A stretch of 64,000 nt of DNA from Eukaryota sp. GEM-RC1 (GCA_040285855.1 JAUFOQ010000004.1:2604001-2668000); one strand, 5' to 3'. Positions 37,900 to 51,575 are shown, counted from the first letter of the stretch. The notes: generated from the sequence alone by a model not told the origin. Numbers and translations: made by a program.

Positions 37900-38016
37900 T
37901 GATGCTTGTTTAGGCTAGAATAAAAAAAAGCGGTACCTTTATAAGGAGAGAGAATAATTTAGGTAAATTAATGCTACAGTTCACTACTAGAACACGTGTT
38001 AACACTTGCTGTGACA
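37900..38016 (-). repeat. 5' LTR (117 bp, TG...CA)
   Basis: Direct repeat of 32658-32777 with several substitutions; TATAAA on the minus strand. Confidence 0.9.
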
Positions 38017-38099
38017 GATACTACTTACTTGTAGTATGGACTTCCAATTGTACACAAAATAATCACTGGTGTATTATGTTGCTAAAGAAGTTTCAAGTA

Positions 38100-38249
38100 A
38101 CAGAAAAACATTGTTGAAAATATATTGTTCAAAATTGAAATTATTGCAATATATTGCAATACAAAATGAGGCTGCAATAAAGTATTGCGATACACAATAC
38201 ACAATATTGCAATTATTGCAAAAGTGCAATATATTTTTGACAGTCCCTG
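38100..38249. mobile_element. hAT-MITE-like terminus with ATTGCAAT subterminal repeats
   Basis: Clustered attgcaat/caata motifs ending in gacagtccctg (CAGGG-type TIR). Confidence 0.5.
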
Positions 38250-38354
38250 CCAGCAGGGCTAATCGATTCAAAAAGAGAAACAGCAAAAGGTTAAAACATA
38301 GATTTGAAACATGAGTTTTGACTTCATTCTTCCACTTGAGAGTCATACTTCGAA

Positions 38355-41010
38355 GGTTTGAGCTTTTTAGCAGCTGTTAACGGATTAAAAGAAAAATCTA
38401 ATGTCTAACTAACACAAAATTTGTTACAAACATCTACTGTAGAAAAAACAATAAATGATTGACTCGATTTAAGCCACGGCGTATGTATATCCCCTTTTTT
38501 TGATCAGTAAATTCATTTTCTGAAAGATGATTCAAAACTGGTTCAACTTTAGAGTGAAAACCATGTGCTTTAAACATGTAATAACAAGAATCACGTACAC
38601 CATCATGAATTACTGCACGTAGATGAATAAAATAACGACAATTAATTAAATGACGAAAAACACCATTAGTTGCACAAGAACAAGTTGAGCAGTTTAATAT
38701 ATTGACAAGCCAAACAGCCGAACGAAGACGCATATTGATCATCCAAGCTTCATCAGATAGATGTAATCCATACATTTCTGGAATTTGAGAAGTAAATCCA
38801 GAAGGTCCACTAATACAAAGGTCAATTAAAAAGCAGCGAACTCGGGACTATTAGTATTAGCCAAGCTAATACGATTATTAAAGTCCAAGAGTTCAAACTC
38901 CTTGTCAATTTATTTTGCAGCTTACATACAGCATACGGTAGAGATGAAATATTTTTAAAGGAGTCTCCTTCAAATGAGCAGGGAACAAAGATTCCCACAT
39001 TTCAGGAGACAAGGATGATACCAAATTTTTAGCAGATTGAATCCAACGACAATTGCTGGAATTCAACAGATTGATTACATCCAAAAATTCAAACATAGAA
39101 TTCTTAACACCTCCTAAAAAAGCAGGTTTTCTAATAATTTTTGCATGGGTGAAACCTACTCCTGCGAATTCAGAAGAATAAAAAGCATGAAATGGAATCT
39201 GAGACTCATCAATTTCAGCCAAGTAAGAGCGAAAATTTGTTCTATTAGAATTCAATTTCTTGGCAAAAGTTTCAGTAAGGGAATAGTCTAATAAACGTAA
39301 AAATGATTAATTTTCCCGACAAAACACCAGCATAGCAAAAGAAACATGTGTGCTCACATCTAAAGATAATATCTGATTTAGTTTTTCTTCAATGGTAGTC
39401 AGTGAACTCTCCAATTCTGAATGAATTTTCTCATAATTTCCCAAAAACGTGCCAAGGAAACGAAAACATTGAGTAGAATAATCGATGATAGGAATATTAC
39501 AAAAACCAAGATTAGAAACATTCGAAGACTTAACAACAAGAAAACACTTATCAAAATTAATCGTTAAACAAATACTCATATGAAATTTCAATGAAATACG
39601 TGAAAAACACTGTTTAAGAACGTCAACTGGAGCGATCAGCGAAGAATCATCAGCATTAACACAAACTTTTTATCAGTTCGAAATTCTAATTGTAAGATTT
39701 ACATAATTTTTGCAGGGCGAGACAAAACAAAAAAGGACCCAAAGGATCACCTTGCTTAACGCCTCTAGTTGATTTAATATCAAACTTGTCAAAAATTTAA
39801 TTTGACGCTTTACCATAAAAAAGATAAAAACAAGGAACTTAGTAAAATTAGTATCATGTTTTTGCTGCTTTATTAATTGATATTAAGAACTCTGTTTGTT
39901 CGGTCACTCAACAACCACGATCTTTTGGTTTGCATTTGTCTGTTGAGGCTTGGAAATTAAATATGCGCTTACGTTTAGGTTTGTTTCCTGCAGATTAGTA
40001 AATAAAAGATAAAAAAGCAGATTTGTAATGAATTGAAGATTTGGTAAAACCAATACATGTACCACCAAAATTAGCAGAAGTAAACAAATGACTTCTAAGT
40101 AACGTTGAATCAACTTCTAACAATGGAGCAAAAAAAATCCTTAACTCGTTTAAAGATCTACAAAAGTTCAGACTGATTGAAGGAGCAGTAGATCTCAAAA
40201 GATGTGTGATTTTTCCGTAGTAGCAAACTTTGAGAACAAAAAACTTGATAGGTTTTTCAATATCATATGAAGAAATTGTGTTGAGTTCTGAACCAATTTT
40301 TTCCAAACAATTAGATAATTCTTGAGAAATTTTAGGAACATTCCCAAGCCAACATCCTAGAAAAGGAAAAGCGTCTTCAATATAATTGATAAATGGATTC
40401 TGAACTCCATTAATAAATAGTTCTTGTGTAGATCTACCAATTAATAAACATTTGTGTGGGCTCAGAGATAAACTCAATGTTTCATAAATACCAGCCACTT
40501 CCACAGTGACCTTTTTTAACAATTCAAGGGGACCAATAGTAGAAATATCATCCATATAGCCAACTATCTTAAGGTCTGGGTATTTGTTTAAAATACACAA
40601 AACCGAATCATGAATGGCCAAACAAAAGAAAAGAGGACCAAGAAGATGTCCTTGTTTAACACCAGACATAGATTTCAATGAATACTAATCATAAATTAAA
40701 TCGCTTGGTTTTCCATAAAATAAATAAAAGAAGGACGTTAACTCAGGAAAGTCTTTTCAATAGCAGCAAAAACAGATTTACGACTAACAGAATTAAAAGC
40801 ATTTTTGAAATCAAGATTAAAAATGAAATTATCATCATGTGAATTGAAAAACAAATCTGATGTTAAGGCAGCAAACTTTGATGTTGTTATAGTAGTGTAG
40901 AAATTCCAATTAGGATTTCTTTTCCTTTGCATAACCCCTATAAACTGTAGTATAATCCATCAATGATTGACTCGATTTCAGCCCGGGAGTATGACAAGGA
41001 TGATTAAGAA
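38355..41010 (-). mobile_element. Patchwork of at least two decayed RT-RLE non-LTR elements, including a short plus-strand piece at about 39850-39990
   Basis: LDFKNAFNSV, GVKQGHLLGP/YMDD, a second GVKQGDPLGP, FRFLG, NMRLR..C.C..H..C..R.VIHD.VRD. Confidence 0.85.
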
Positions 41011-41092
41011 GACAGGATTTAGATCCTAGTTTGAGGTTTTTGGTGAAAAAGCAGTTCAATCTGAAACCCCAATTTTTCCATCTCTGTTCATT

Positions 41093-43816
41093 ATGCCTGA
41101 GAAATACGTCTACTTTTTTGGTGAAGATCCTTCCCTTGCTCACGACAAAGGATTACTTGGTGGCAAAGGTGTTGGTCTTGCCGCTATGACCGCGATCGGT
41201 ATCCCCGTCCCCCCTGGTTTTACTATCACCACTACTGTATGTTCCCGATCTCTCGATCTGATTTTAGACCTGCAACCTTTTTCAAGTCGAACAAAAGTGG
41301 CCCAAAGGTCTTGAAGAAGAACTCAAGACTCAAATGCAAGCTCTTGAAAAAGCCACCGGTAAACAGTTCGGTAACCCCCAAAATCCCCTCCTTGTCTCTG
41401 TTCGATCTGGTGCTAAGATTTCTATGCCTGGAATGATGGATACTGGTACGTTTTAGTTTTGGTAGCTTACAGCAGTTCTCAATCTTGGTTTGAATGATGT
41501 CACAGTTGAAGGAATGGTTAAGAAGACTGATAATCTTCGATTCGCTTATGATTCCTATCGTCGCTTTATGCAAATGTTTGGTGATGTTGTCATGGAAGTT
41601 CCCCATCACAACTTTGAACATATTCTTGAATCTCTAAAACAAGAAAGAAACGCAAAGGAAGACACTGATCTTACTGGAGAAGACATGAAGCACTTAGTCG
41701 ATCTTTATCGTGAAATGGTCAAGAAGGTTTCCGGCAAAGGATTCCCTCAAGATCCTTGGGAGCAACTCTCAATGTCCATTAATGCTGTATTCCAATCATG
41801 GTCCAACCCCCGTGCTGTCACTTACAGAAAATTGAACTCTATCCCCCACGAACTTGGTACCGCCGTCAATGTACAAGCCATGGTTTTCGGAAACATGGGA
41901 AATACTTGTGGTACTGGTGTTGCATTCACTAGAAATCCATCCACTGGAGAACACATTTATTATGGAGAGTATCTGAAGAACGCACAAGGTGAAGATGTTG
42001 TTGCTGGTATCAGAACCCCCTCAGAAATTCACTATCTTGAAAAGAAATGCCTGAAGTATACAAACAACTCACCGATTGTTTCGACAAACTCGAGAGTCAC
42101 TTCAATGATATGCAAGATGTCGAATTCACCATTGAAGAAGGTCGTTTATACATTCTTCAAACCAGAAACGGTAAAAGAACTGCCCAAGCAGCCGTTCGTA
42201 TTGCTGTGGAAATGGTCAAGGAAGAAATTCTCTCAAAGGAAGACGCCATTCTTAGAGTTGAGCCCAATTCAATCAATCAATTGCTCCATCCCCAACTCAA
42301 ATCTGAAACTAAAGCAAAGGCCAATGCTCTTGCCAAGGGTCTCCCAGCTTCTCCTGGAGCTGCCACTGGCCAACTTGTCTTCACAGCTGAAGCTGCCGTT
42401 GCTGCTGCTCAAAAAGGACTTCCAACCATTTTAGTTCGTTTAGAAACTTCCCCTGAAGATATTCAAGGAATGGATGCCGCCAAGGGTATTTTAACTGCTC
42501 GTGGAGGAATGACTTCTCATGCTGCCGTTGTCGCTAGAGGAATGGGTAAATGTTGTGTTGCTGGTTGTTCTGAAATTGTTGTAAGTGAAGAAAAGAAAGA
42601 AATGAGAGTCAAGGATCGTATCTTTACTGAGAGTGACTTTATCACCCTTGATGGTGGTGATGGTATTGTCTTTGAAGGCAAACTTGAAGTTCATGATGCT
42701 GAAGTTTCTGGTGATTTTGCTGAATTCCTTGAATGGTGTGACGGGTACCGTACTTTGACTGTCAGAACCAACGCTGAAACCAAGAAGGACTGTGAAAAGG
42801 CTCTCGAATTCGGAGCTGAAGGAATCGGTCTTGCCCGTACTGAACATATGTTCTTTGAAGGTGACAGAATCATTGCTGTTCGTGAAATGATCTTGGCTGA
42901 ATGTGAAGAAGGACGTAAGGTTGCTCTTGCTAAACTTCTCCCTTATCAGATCGCTGATTTCGAACACATTTTCACTGTTATGCGTGGTAAGCCCACCACT
43001 ATCAGACTATTAGATCCTCCTCTTCATGAGTTCTTACCCCATACTCAAAGGGACAGACAACAAATGGCTGATGAACTTAAGGTTTCTCTCCAAAAGGTTA
43101 ACGATATGTGTGAATCTCTTCATGAATTGAACCCCATGCTCGGTTTCCGTGGATGTAGATTAGGAATGATCTACCCTGAAATCAACGAAATGCAAGTCCG
43201 TGCCATCTTTGAAGCTGCCTGTAACATTGAAAAGAAGGGAACTAAGGTTGAATGTGCTGAAATTATGATCCCTGTTCTCGGTGCCAAGATGGAAATGAAG
43301 GTCATGCACGATCTTGTTCGTCGCATTGCTAAGGAAGTTATGGACACCCGTGGAATGGACATCAACTATAAGGTTGGTGTTATGATTGAATTGCCACGTG
43401 CTTGTGCCATTGCGCATCAAATCGCTGAATACGCCGAGTTCTTCTCCTTTGGTACCAACGATCTTACCCAAACCACCTATGGTTATTCCAGAGATGATGC
43501 TGGTAAGTTTATTGGACCATATGTTGACCAAGAAATTCTTGAAGTCGATCCCTTCCAGACCATTGATCCCGAAGGTGTTGGATTATTAATGAGAATGGCT
43601 GTTGTCAGAGGTCGCCGTACCAAGCCCGACTTATACATTTCTCTTTGCGGAGAACAAGGTGGTGATCCTCAATCTGTTGAATTCTGTCATTTGGCAGGAC
43701 TGTCTAGTGTATCATGCTCACCATTTAGACTTCCCATTGCCAGAGTTGCTGCTGCTCAAGTAGCAATTAAGGAAAAGAAGGGATTACTCAAGAAGTTCGA
43801 CGTCCCTCAAATTTAG
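41093..43816 (+). CDS. ppdK: Pyruvate, phosphate dikinase; introns 41237-41267 and 41446-41475; frameshift near 42042
   Basis: [35 protein letters not shown] (after splicing), [42 protein letters not shown]. Confidence 0.98.
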
Positions 43817-44030
43817 ACTACTTTCTTCTTAATATATATATAGATAACTAAAGATTGATCCTCAATTGTGTGTTTTAAAAATATTTAAAAGATATGCAAT
43901 TCCAGCATTTTAGTATTACCACCTCATCACTGACTTTGTATTTGCACTTTGATTGGAGACAAGTGGAAAAATAGGCTCTTATGTACATGCAGCAATATTT
44001 AGAATCAGAAGTTCAAAACAGTTTGATAAG

Positions 44031-44245
44031 CTGTACAAGGTTTTTCAACTTCCAATGGTAAATTGTGTTCTGAGTACAATAAAGTTTTCAATGAAAATTT
44101 TTGTTTGAGTAGGTTAACGTTTGGGTTGTTTCGTTCAATGCACAGGTATTTTAATTCAATTTTAGGTAAGTTGTTCGTTGATGGACAGAAGGATCACAGT
44201 TTAGATACTTTAGTTAGTGTCTGTTAGTTATTAATTTCTGAAAAG
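44031..44245 (+). mobile_element. 3' end fragment of an RLE retrotransposon
   Basis: Closely similar to 2751-2960. Confidence 0.85.
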
Positions 44246-44399
44246 AAAACGCCTTTTATTTACTCTTACAAATACAAACTATCATCAATATTTACAAATG
44301 AGATACAAATACCTCTATATCATCTCAAATTTCTGAAAATGCATTACCTTTGCATTAATTTCAATGATTGATCATAAACCCCGTTTGATAAGCTTATTT

Positions 44400-44610
44400 T
44401 TTTGAACATAACTATTGATTCTAAATGAAACAGAGTAAACAACTAGAATCTGATATCATTAAAACAACACGCATCGCTATCAAATCTTACAGCAGCTTTG
44501 TCCACATAAAAGGAACTCACAGCTAATAAAGCTTTGGAGATGATTAGGGGAATTGTTTCAAAAACAGTAAAAACGATCCGACTCAACCATAACATATGAT
44601 CAAAACCATA
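44400..44610 (-). mobile_element. 3' end fragment of a second RLE subfamily (related pieces at about 49735-49900 and 50520-50630)
   Basis: FDHMLWLSRIVFTVFETIPLIISKAL; similar nucleotide sequence at 49735-49890 on the plus strand. Confidence 0.65.
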
Positions 44611-47600
44611 CTTGGAAAATACAGTCAATCCCTGAAAAAAACAGAAAATACAGAAAATACAAAAATACAGAGAAATACACTGAATATAGAAAATTACAAA
44701 ATAATTCGACCTAAGACAACTTACGCAAAAGTCATGGTGAGAAGTTTTTCTGTTTTAAATAAACAATGACTAAAATTATATGGGTTTCAACAACCAAACT
44801 AATCATAACAAAACATCAAAAATATCCCAACAAATATCAGGGAAGACATTAATTTGTTTGCCGTCTTTTCTGAACAGCTGCCCTTCAAAAACACTTTTCA
44901 ATCATTCCAAAGTTTGAGATTCCCCAAAAACATCAAGAGAATTGGGTTATTTTTGATCATCAGACGAGTTTGTGACAACAATATACAATACATTCTTCAA
45001 GAAGAACTACTTGCAATTTATCTTCCAATAAAACACAGTTGCATATGCTATCTTCATTGTCATCATCAACAACTGCTTCGTTTTCGAGAAGAAGAACATC
45101 AACACGAGATCTTTGATCATCCTATATGTGCATACTGATTCCTCCATTGGTAGTTAAAAACAGTTGAACACTAGTGTTGCTGTTTTGTAAAGTTGATGTA
45201 AATTGCGGGTCTAGCCAATGTTGCGTGTGAAGGACATTTCGGCCTTTTTGACCCTTTATGGTCAAGATAAGACCAATTGGTGTCTAGTATGTTTCAAAAT
45301 TACTACAAAAAAATACAGTATTTGTATTTTTCAAGTATGATCAAAACGTTTGTACATCCTATTGTTTACGATTTTTTCGAATTCTTTTAAAATATTCAAT
45401 GCACTCTTTCCTAAGCTACCTTAGAGCATAATTCGTATTCAACATGTTTTACATGTTTTAGAGCCATCAATTTTATTTGTATTTGTGCTTATCCTCTTTG
45501 GCTTGATCAGACATGTCTAAAGAGGAAGTTTCAGACTAATCTTTCTTTTCAGCTAATAAAGCTTTGGAGATGATAAGCATATTTCTAGTTAATTTACAAT
45601 TAGATCTTGCCTTCAGAAGGATTAGAATTAGAAATAGAATTGGACACTAATAGGTGCTGTTGATCTCACATTGTCCTGAAAATTTTTCACAGGAAAGCTC
45701 CATAAAAGGTGAATGTTGCTGAATTACTTTGGGAACATCTTTTATACATTAAAGTCTGTTTAGCAGAGGAGCAGAATTTGAAGTTGATGAAAATTTACAG
45801 TTTTTACGATTTGATAAAGAAATTGAAGATCTCAACGCCTGAATTTAAACTGTACACATAATTCAACACAAATACTCAATTGCACTTGTTCTTATGTGGA
45901 TCAATTACTACTTTGGTGCCGAGTAATTAAGTCGTTGGGGTCTCAATGCATGCCAGGTGTATCCTCATAAAGAATTATTAATTCTATTGATATTTATTTA
46001 TTTGTATTTATATTTATTTTTGACACTTTCTTACGATCAGGCCAATAACACTAAATAGAACAAACTATAAATAAATTTAAATAAAATGTCGGAAAGTAAA
46101 TTTCATTGATCCATATAATACTTCGGTTAAGTTAGTGCTCAAGGTTGTTGATTGACTTAACATATGATGTGGCTCAGCCCAGAATCAAAGTCAAGACATT
46201 TTTCCTCAAACTTTGCCAATTCAATGTCGAACCTAACACATGTAGACGAGCATTTACCTGTGTTATAAGCCAATCCAACGACTATATCCGGGCATATGAT
46301 CAGTGAACGATTCTCATGGTCTTCCACGATGCTGAATTTTGAACTAATGTTGAAGATCCATAGGGTCAGAGCATTTATACGAAGCAGAGAGTCAACAAAC
46401 CTATTTCGACAAAAAATGGATAATTAATAATATAGTGTAATCATCGATAGCGACTGAGAGAAACTGGACTAATAAAATATTTTGTTTTAATGATGACATT
46501 TCACATTCATTTTTGACACTTTTTGATGTTCAAATTATTTTAAATTATCTTATGAGAGGGCCTGCTGGGACTCATTAATTTTAGATCAAAACAGGTTTCT
46601 AATCGCATCATAAATACACCGCAATACAATGTTATTGAATTGTATACTTTTAAAATTGTAATTGTAATTGTAATTGGTTTAAAAGAGGGATGTTCAAAAA
46701 TATACTTGAAGTAATATTGAAATCAAAATTGCAGAAGTGGAAATAAGTTGTTGTGAATTATTGTATTATTTTTTTACAACAAAGAATAGCTGATATATAG
46801 CTGATATCGCAATACTGAAATACTGTATTTGTACCTGTAATGAAACTTACTTGGGATTAACAAGTTGGAAAATACGTAGAGTATCCTAATAGACAAAATA
46901 AAACAAACACCAAAACTACATTTGTAAAGAGTGTTGATTGGGATATTCCCTTTTGTATTTTCCAACACTTTTTACAATATCAGATGTTCTTTGGCAGTCT
47001 TAATACACAATCTGTTTCATCAAATATCCAAAAGTTGTGATAAAAAGCATAGCTAAGAAAAGTGGGTATCCACACTTGGCCACGAAGCTATTTTTACCGA
47101 AGTTGATCCCGACCAACAATTGCTTCTTCAATAATACCATAATAAGGTTAACTTTACAGCTATTTATTTGGGATTCGGATTTTCAGCTGTTTTTGAAATC
47201 GTGCTATACAAGAAGAAGCAAATACCGTTTGGAAAACAAAATTAAAATTCAAACACATCTGGAAAATACATATATTCTATTGTTTTTGTCTTTTTTGTCT
47301 TTTCTGTATTTGTTTAGACTCAAAAAATACTGTGCCCTTAGTATGGATGAACTGGAATTAGAGGAATCTTTTGACCAAGAAGTACTGATCAATATTCTTT
47401 TTTCTGACGTGTTGTTTTTGATGAAAGGAAACCTAACCCTGGAATGGTTGGTTCAAAATCAAATGTTAAGAAAAGAAAGGAATTATAGATAACCGCGGTC
47501 TGGTTTTTGTTCTAGAACTATTTTAGTTTAGGTTAGCTTTGTTTTGCTGTGCAACCAGGCATTGATCTGATACCAATATACTACTGTTGTAATAGTTCGT

Positions 47601-47995
47601 GTATGAATATTTTTTCGCGGAGTGACTGTTTTTCCAAGTATGATTTAAAACTGAAATTTATCAACAATGGTGGAAATTGAAATCCAGGAAGGTTCTTCCT
47701 AAATTAAATCAATCCCCAGCAGTCCCATGAGAATTATCAGAACTGAGTCACCTGTTGCCGTAAGGTCAACGTTGATAAGAAAAGAAGAGTTTATTGTATA
47801 AAGAAATCCTTAAGACTAAGTGACACGTCATCAGATGTGAAGATATCTACTAGGTATCGCTATCTTCACTAACACAACCTAAGTATTTTCTGATGCAGTG
47901 AGGACATGAGGAAAAAAGTTGTATAACATCTTTACTGAGTGGTCGCTTGTCTTTGAAACTGGGAGATAACTTTCTTCATTGCTTCTTTGAACACT

Positions 47996-49450
47996 TTTCA
48001 AGCCTAATCATTTCCCTAAATGACTTACAATCTAGATGCAATAATCTCTCAACTTCGCAATTCACAACTTCCTTCTGAAGAATCCATCACCGAACTATGT
48101 TATCAAGGAATGGAGCTCCTTGTCTCCAAAGCCAATGTAATTCAAGTACAATCTCCTATAACAGTTGTTGGTGATATACACGGTCAATTTTTCGATCTTT
48201 TGGAGTTGTTTGCCATTACTGGTGACAGTCCGAACACAAACTTTTTATATCTCGGAGATTACGTAGATCGAGGATATTATTCACTTGAAGTTGCCACCCT
48301 ACTTGTAGCTCTAATGGTCCGATATCCTTCTAGAGTGTCTCTTCTTAGAGGAAATCACGAATCACGTCAAATTACTCAAGTCTATGGCTTCTATGATGAA
48401 TGCTGCCGTAAGTATAGTTCTCCTAATCTGTGGAAACTTTTTACAGACTTATTCGACTGCCTGCCACTTGCTGCTCTAATAGATAACTCAATCTTCTGTC
48501 TGCACGGAGGTTTAAGTCCTTCCTTTGAAACTGTTGATCAGATTCGAGCTCTTGACAGAAAGATGGAAGCTCCTCATGAAGGAGCCATGTGTGACATTCT
48601 TTGGTCAGATCCTGATGAGAGAATTGGTTGGGGAGCATCACCAAGAGGTGCTGGTTATACTTTTGGCCAAGACATATCAGAGACTTTTTGCCACCGTAAT
48701 AAGCTGAAGCTGATAGTCCGTGCTCATCAACTGGTAATGAATGGATATAACTGGAACCATGACTCCAAAGTTGTTACTGTTTTTCAGCTCCAAACTGTTT
48801 GTTTCGTTTTTCTCTCTTATTTCAGACTGTTATCGATGTGGGAATCAAGCTGCTATCATGGAGTTTGATGACTTTTGCAACTATAAGTTTACTCAGTTTG
48901 ACCCCGCTCCAAGACGAGGAGAACCTCACGTTACACAGCGGACGCCCCAATATTTACTGTAGATCAATTAAGCTGTTCTTAATACTTGTGCATTGTTTGA
49001 TAAAAAAGGACTTTATATTTAACATTTTTTTAAAAATTCAGAATTTGAATTTGGAATCTATTAAATTAACATCAAGCCGCTCTCCAATGGTCTTAGAAGT
49101 TTTTTTAACAAATTTTATTTTTATTGATAAATGGTCTTAGAAGTGGCAAGAAATTCATTGTGATTATGATTGAATTTTGAATTCTCAGTGAAAGTTATTC
49201 TTAGGAGGTTCATATAATGTATATACTATATCCAGGGTTGACTGTACTCTAATTAACCTACTGCGCAAAACCGATATTAACCTACCATATCTTAGTATGT
49301 TTGTTCATGTCAACAACCACTTTTACACCATTGTTTTTTATTATCACGCAAACCGCTGATAAGATACAATATTCTGTTCCCTACTAACTTAAAGGAGACT
49401 CCTGGAAAAAATATTTCATCTCTATCATCTGCTGTATGTAAACTACAAAC
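47996..49450 (+). repeat. Left arm of an inverted segmental duplication of about 1.45 kb
   Basis: Reverse complement of about 52411-53864, nearly identical. Confidence 0.95.
48020..48962 (+). CDS. PP2A-C: Ser/Thr protein phosphatase 2A catalytic subunit, copy 1; intron 48797-48825; 1-nt frameshift near 48782
   Basis: GDIHG, GDYVDRG, RGNHE, SAPNYCYRCG (after splicing), tail [16 protein letters not shown]. Confidence 0.93.
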
Positions 49451-50060
49451 ACTAACACTATAATAATCAAAAAACAGTTCATTGATGGAGGGTACAAAAA
49501 TACATATCACCGTGATGGATCCAACCTTAATGGTCTGTATTAGTGAGAAATCAGTATGAGGTACGGATATGAAACGATCTTAATTTTTTTTTGCAATAAT
49601 TCTGAACAAAACGGATTTATGTGCGGAGAATAACACACAACAAAAAAAACAACAATCTTACGGACGTATAGGTAAAGTGCATTGTATTTTTTAAACGATT
49701 TCGGAAAAATCGTAAAAAATAGGATGAACAAACGTTTTGATCATATGTTATGGCTGAATCGTATCGTTTCTACAATTTTGAAACAATTCCCCTAATCATC
49801 TCCAAAGCTTTACTTGCTGGGAATTCCCTTTATGATGGCAAAGTTGTTGTAAGATTTGATAGCGACGGGTGTTGTTTTAAAGATATCAAAGTTTATTTGT
49901 TTAGTCTATTACATTTATAATAGATAAAATTCAAAAAAAAACAACAAATAAAAAAACACTATTAAAACAAACTATCAAACAAACTATCTAATTCCGAAAA
50001 GTAGTTACAGTACCTCCAAACAACTTGGACAAAATGGAATCAACATTTCTATACATAGAC

Positions 50061-50375
50061 CTAATAATTCTTGTTCTTTAACTTGTCGCTAAACAAGTAA
50101 GATACAGGTAAAGGATAATCTCCGAAATATTTTTTCAAATCCTTCAAAAAACCTTCCAAAAGAAGTAGAAACATCTCATCCTCAACTTTTTCCTCTACAA
50201 AACCAGTTTGTCCTCCAAATGACTTCACTTCACCTTGAACTGGTTTTGGAGGATAACTCTGTCGATGATCTGAAAGAAAACTACACTGTGACATGATTTC
50301 TTTAACAGTATCATCAGAGTCAATCAAAGGAATTGATTGTGACTCATCAAATGATAGCCGGAAACGACTCCACAT
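50061..50375 (-). CDS. Hypothetical protein
   Basis: 104-aa ATG-initiated ORF with plausible composition; no motif. Confidence 0.3.
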   Translation of the reverse strand: MWSRFRLSFDESQSIPLIDSDDTVKEIMSQCSFLSDHRQSYPPKPVQGEVKSFGGQTGFVEEKVEDEMFLLLLEGFLKDLKKYFGDYPLPVSYLFSDKLKNKNY

Positions 50376-51061
50376 AAGTTCATTTGAAGAGGTACAATTG
50401 ATTTGTCAATAAAAATTGTTAAAAAGGGTACCTTTTTTGGGTATCGCATAAAGTTTAGATACATTTAGAAACTAAATCTGTACATGTACTTTATTGTCAA
50501 TGTGGACAATTGCTAACCCCACAATGATTTCGAAAGCTTTATTATACGTCAGTGTGCATTAAGAAAGCAAATCTTCAACAAGGTTCGATTCTAAGGAATC
50601 TTGCTCTGATGATATTAAGTTTTAGACCATTTGTTTCACTATATCTCAGAGATTCCTTAAGTAGTCTACTTTTCAGAATTAAAGTAAAGTAGTGTACACT
50701 ACTTTACTTTACACCTAAGATACTTTAAGAACGAGTGAAGTGATCCTTCATCTTACAATTTTGTTCTTCAAATTTCTCTTCATTTTTTATGACATCTTTT
50801 CCTTTTTAGGAATGGAAGACTCTGTGAAGTAGTGGAAGTAGTCTCTGAGACATTGATGTTCAACTTGAAAGTTTGCGAACACGTGGATAATAGTATCTTT
50901 GTCCATTTCGATACGCCTGATTCCGTTGTAAGCTGTGTGGCGCCGTCTATTCTGTCAAATTGAACATAAAATCTTGTAACCCAACAGGCGGACCTGTTGG
51001 GTTACTTTTCTGTGTGATCTACCTAAAAAAGCCCCATCTTGCTATGCACCTATATTGAACC

Positions 51062-51575
51062 TGCTGTTTTATAAGTAAAAACTTGAATGCTCACTCACCT
51101 TTGATATGTATAGTTTAGATTTAGTAGTTTATGGTGAGTTTCTATTTTATAATAGAAGTAAGAGTTATTTGCAACAATAAATTAATACAAACTAATTCAG
51201 AAAATGAAAGAAGTTAAATGTTCCACGTCAACACAAGAATTGTCCCTATGTAACTTCGAATAAATGGAACATAAATACTTGGAAATGCTTCTATGAAGAG
51301 CGAACACAATTCGGTTATTTGCTGTTTTATAAGTAAAAACTTGAATGCTCACTCACCTTTGATATGTATAGTTTAGATTTAGTAGTTTATGGTGAGTTTC
51401 TATTTTATAATAGAAGTAAGAGTTATTTGCAACAATAAATTAATACATACTAATTCAGAAAATGAAAGAAGTTAAATTCTCCACATCAACACGAGAATTG
51501 TCCCTATACAACTTCGAAAAAATGGAACATAAATACTTGGGAATGCTTCTATAAAGAGCGAACATAATTCGATTA
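51062..51575. repeat. 258-bp-period tandem duplication at a retrotransposon 3' end
   Basis: tgctgttttataagt... begins at both 51062 and 51320. Confidence 0.9.

Larger units (their letters stand above)
32658..38016 (-). mobile_element. Ty3/Gypsy LTR retrotransposon, degenerate, integrase 3'-truncated
   Basis: gag with CSFCKKDGHVIEDC, protease ALIDSA, RT (LDLPKAF, YMDD), RNase H (DASD, CDHKN, NVFADLFSR), integrase (HxxxHCGH..C..CQ, IHADTIGP, IHSDN) in PR-RT-RH-IN order; flanks AATAC and GATAC form an imperfect 5-bp TSD. Confidence 0.93.

Noticed and set aside
45330..47990. Protein-coding genes in the PPDK-PP2A interval (e.g. ORF 47037-47492)
   Set aside because: Low-complexity translations crossing MITE-like and retro remnants; no supportable motif
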